From the human T2T-CHM13v2.0 reference genome, Homo sapiens, in the NCBI RefSeq assembly GCF_009914755.1, contig NC_060945.1: DNA of 64,000 bases; one strand, given 5' to 3'. Under the pieces are notes generated by a model. That model worked only from the letters and a program-made list of their open reading frames with translations. It was not told where the DNA came from and searched no databases. This document shows positions 60,885-64,000 of this stretch, piece after piece. The position numbers and the translations under genes are program-made. Position 1 is the first letter of the stretch. The number at the start of each line of letters is the position of its first letter.

Positions 60885-63090
60885 TAAGTTTGTGGATTTA
60901 TTTATGAACTCTATATCCAGGTCCATTTGTTGATGCATATGTTTGCATGCCAGTATCATGCCGTTTTGACTACTATAATTTTGATTTTGATATCAGGTAG
61001 TATGATGCCTCCAGCTCTGCTCTATAGCTCAAAATTGGTTTGGCTGTTTGGGGTCTTTAATGGTTCCAAGCAAATTTGAACATTGTTTTTCTTATTTTTG
61101 TGAAAAATGACAATGGAATATTGATAGGCATTGCATTGAATCTATAGATTGTTTTGGGTAGTTTGTACATTTTTACAATATTAATTCTTCCAATCCGTGA
61201 ACATAAGATACCTTTCTCTGTGTTTTCCTTAATTTCTTTCATTATTGTTTTGTAGTTTTTATTATACACATCCTCCACTTCCTTGATTAAATTTGACCCT
61301 GAGTATTTTATTTATTTTTTATTTGGGAATGCTTTCTTAATTATTTTTTCCAGTAATTTGTGTTTAGTGTATAGAAGTGCTACTGATTTTATATGCTGAT
61401 TTTATATACTATCACTTTAGTGCCTTTGTTTATAAGTTCTAAATACCATTTGGCCCAGTGATCCCATTACTGGGTATGTACCCAAAGGATTATAAAGCAT
61501 GCTGCTATAAAGACACATGCACACATATGTTTATTATGGCACTATTCACAATAGCAAAGACTTGGAACCAACCCAGATGTCCATCAATGATAGACTGGGT
61601 TAAGAAAATGTGGCACATATACGCCATGGAATACTATGCAGCCATAAAAAAGGATGAATTTATGTCCTTCGTAGGGACATGGATGAAGCTGGAAACCATA
61701 TTCTGAGCAAACTATCACAAGGACAGAAAACCAAACACCGCATGTTCTCACTCATAGGTGGGAATTGAACAATGAGAACACTTGGACACAGGGCGGGGAA
61801 CATTATACACTGGGGCCTGTTGTGGGGTGGGGGGAGTGGGGAGGGACAGCATTAAGAGAAATGCCTAATGTAAATGACAAGTTAATGGGTGCAGCACACC
61901 AACATGGCACATGTAGACATATGTAACAAACCTGCACATTGTGCACATGTATCCTGGAACTTAAAGTATAATAATAAAATAAATACATAAATAAATAAAT
62001 AAAAAATGTCAAAAAAATAGTTTTATTGGTTGAGTACTTAGAATTTTTATGCTAGACCATATTGTCAAAAAACAGAAAAAAAAATCAATTTTTCCTTTTT
62101 CTCTTAGGATGCCTTTCGTTTCTTTCTCTTGCTCAATTGCTCTAAGGTTTCCAGAACTATGTTGAAAACAAGTAGAGAGAATGGGCAACCATGTTTTATT
62201 CCTGATCTTAGAGAAAACTCTTTCAGCTGTTCTCATTTGAACATGATGTTGACTCTGGGCTTGCCGTATATGGACTTTATTGTGCTTTGGTACATTCATT
62301 CTATACATAATCTGTTAAGAGTTTTTTATCGTGAAAAGATATTGACTTTTGTCAATTTATTTTTCTGCGTCTATTGATATGCTCATACTAATTTTCAATA
62401 AAAATCCCAAAAATATTCAATGGAGAAAGGACAGGCATAAAAATGGTGTTGGGAAAACTATATATACACATGTAGGAGAATTGATTGGATCTTTATCCCT
62501 TATCACATCCAAAAATAAACTCAAAATTAATTAAAGACAAATATAAGACACAAAACTCTAAAACTTCCAGGATAAAACAAAGGGAGAAAGTTTCACAATA
62601 TTGGTCTGGGAAATAATATTTTGGGTTTGACTCAAGAAGCTCATGCAACAAATGCAAAAGTAGACAAATGTGAATACATCAAATTAAAAAGCTTCCAAAC
62701 AGCAAAAGAAGCAATCAACAGACTGAAGACACAACTCAGAGTGGGAGAAAATATTTGTAAACCACACATTCAACAAAAGGTTATTATCCAAAATGTACAA
62801 GGAATACAAGCAACTCAATATCAAAAAATAACATATAAACCAATTAAAACACGGGCAAATAATTTAAACAGACATTTCTTTAAAAAAGACATACAAACTG
62901 CCAAGTTCATGGAAAAAGTCTTGATATCACCAAGCATTAGGGAAATACAAATTTAAACCAGAATGCAATATAATCACATACCTGTAAGAATGGCTTTATA
63001 AAAAAGACAAAGGGTACGAAGTTTTGGTGAAGATGTGGGAAAAAGGCAACCCTCGTACATTGTTGGTAGCCATTACAAAATACCTGCATG
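60885..63090. mobile_element. L1MA ORF2 with a twin-priming inversion: minus arm 60885-62385, plus arm 62386-63090
   Basis: ORFs 61057-61278 (-) and 62621-62956 (+) both translate to L1 ORF2; the arms are near-adjacent in L1 coordinates. Confidence 0.88.
61441..62017 (+). mobile_element. L1PA (PA4-6-like) 3' end, 5'-truncated
   Basis: ORF 61458-61706 (YKDTCTHMFI..LFTIAKTWNQP..W.KKMW) followed by a typical L1PA 3' UTR, G-rich tract and A-rich tail. Confidence 0.96.
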
Positions 63091-63107
63091 GAATTATGCT
63101 GTGTCTA

Positions 63108-63277
63108 GACCAGCAGTTTTTAAAATGAAATAGAAACTAATAAAATTGAAAAAAAAAAGAAAAAAGAAAGGTAAAAATAATTTTGTGAATATACACGCAT
63201 ACACATCTGTACTGTATAGAAGTGTAAAAACCGCTGTTCAATGTGGATTGCATTCAAAAGTATAAATCCCATTGACC
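63108..63277. mobile_element. hAT-Charlie (Charlie4-like) fragment
   Basis: gaccagcagtttttaaaatgaaatagaa...caaaagtataaatcccattg. Confidence 0.45.
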
Positions 63278-63577
63278 TAAATGATACCATTAAAGCTTTC
63301 TACCACAACGTAAAGACCCTTCATAAACAAGCATTGGAACAAAGATTCGGCATCATCTCTTGCAACTCTGCTTCCTTGTATGGTCCCAAAGTCTTGAATT
63401 AGTCACAACTTCTTAGAATCATTATGATGTGTAGGTTTATTCCCGTTTGTCTTTAATATCTTAACACTGAACATAAGATAATTTATAGATTCCAATTAAG
63501 ATAATTTGGTATAATTAATATATTTAAACTAACGTAATTTATAGACTTAGATAATCTTTCAAGATAATATTCTATGC

Positions 63578-63702
63578 CAGTGGTTTTCAAACTTGAACCT
63601 GCCTCAGAATTACTTGAAAGGTTTGTTTAAACACAGACAGTTCGACCAAAATCCCCATACTGCTTAATTTAGTATATCTGTGATTAGGCCTGAGAATTTG
63701 CA
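63578..63702. mobile_element. MER5A fragment
   Basis: cagtggttttcaaacttga...cagaattacttgaaagg...aaacacaga...ggcctgagaatttgca. Confidence 0.8.
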
Positions 63703-64000
63703 GGTGGTGTTAGCACTAAGATTCCAGGAACCACAGTTACAACAGGAGAAGTGTCTCTGGCCTGGTTTCTGGATTTGAGTATGTATTTATTATAGACAGA
63801 CTCATCTTTCACATAATCATATATTGTAGTATAATTGTCTGGTTTTTTGCTCTCACTTAAGACAGTAGAAAAATGTGAAAGATATTTTGGGCAAGAAACA
63901 TAAATTTTATTCTTCCATTTGGACCACCTAACTAACAAAACAGAGAGGGGGCTCAACATTCTTTATTAAATGCCTTAATGAAAAGCTTAATTTTGAAGAC

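Overview
AT-rich primate (human-like) non-coding genomic DNA with no CpG island and no credible protein-coding gene. The ORFs I could trace lie in Alu, L1 or ERVL/MaLR sequence, and the rest are short ORFs consistent with chance. The window is a layered record of transposable elements: about 18 Alus (J, S, Y), L1PA/PB/MA/MB/ME fragments (three with twin-priming inversions), a complete THE1C provirus with a perfect 5-bp TSD, MSTA, MLT1, MLT2A and MER57 LTRs, decayed ERVL gag and pro-pol fragments, L2, MIR, Tigger2a and MER5-type DNA transposons, and microsatellites. Subfamily names come from my recall of consensus motifs, not from a database search. I found no convincing novel biological system. 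The best leads are: (1) a head-to-head THE1C/MSTA 5' LTR pair, each carrying a full DUX4-type motif; (2) a polypyrimidine-CAG|GTAAGT recursive-splice-like site in apparently unique sequence; (3) a post-insertion inversion-plus-deletion cutting through a Tigger2a and its host L1; (4) several fold-back palindromes.
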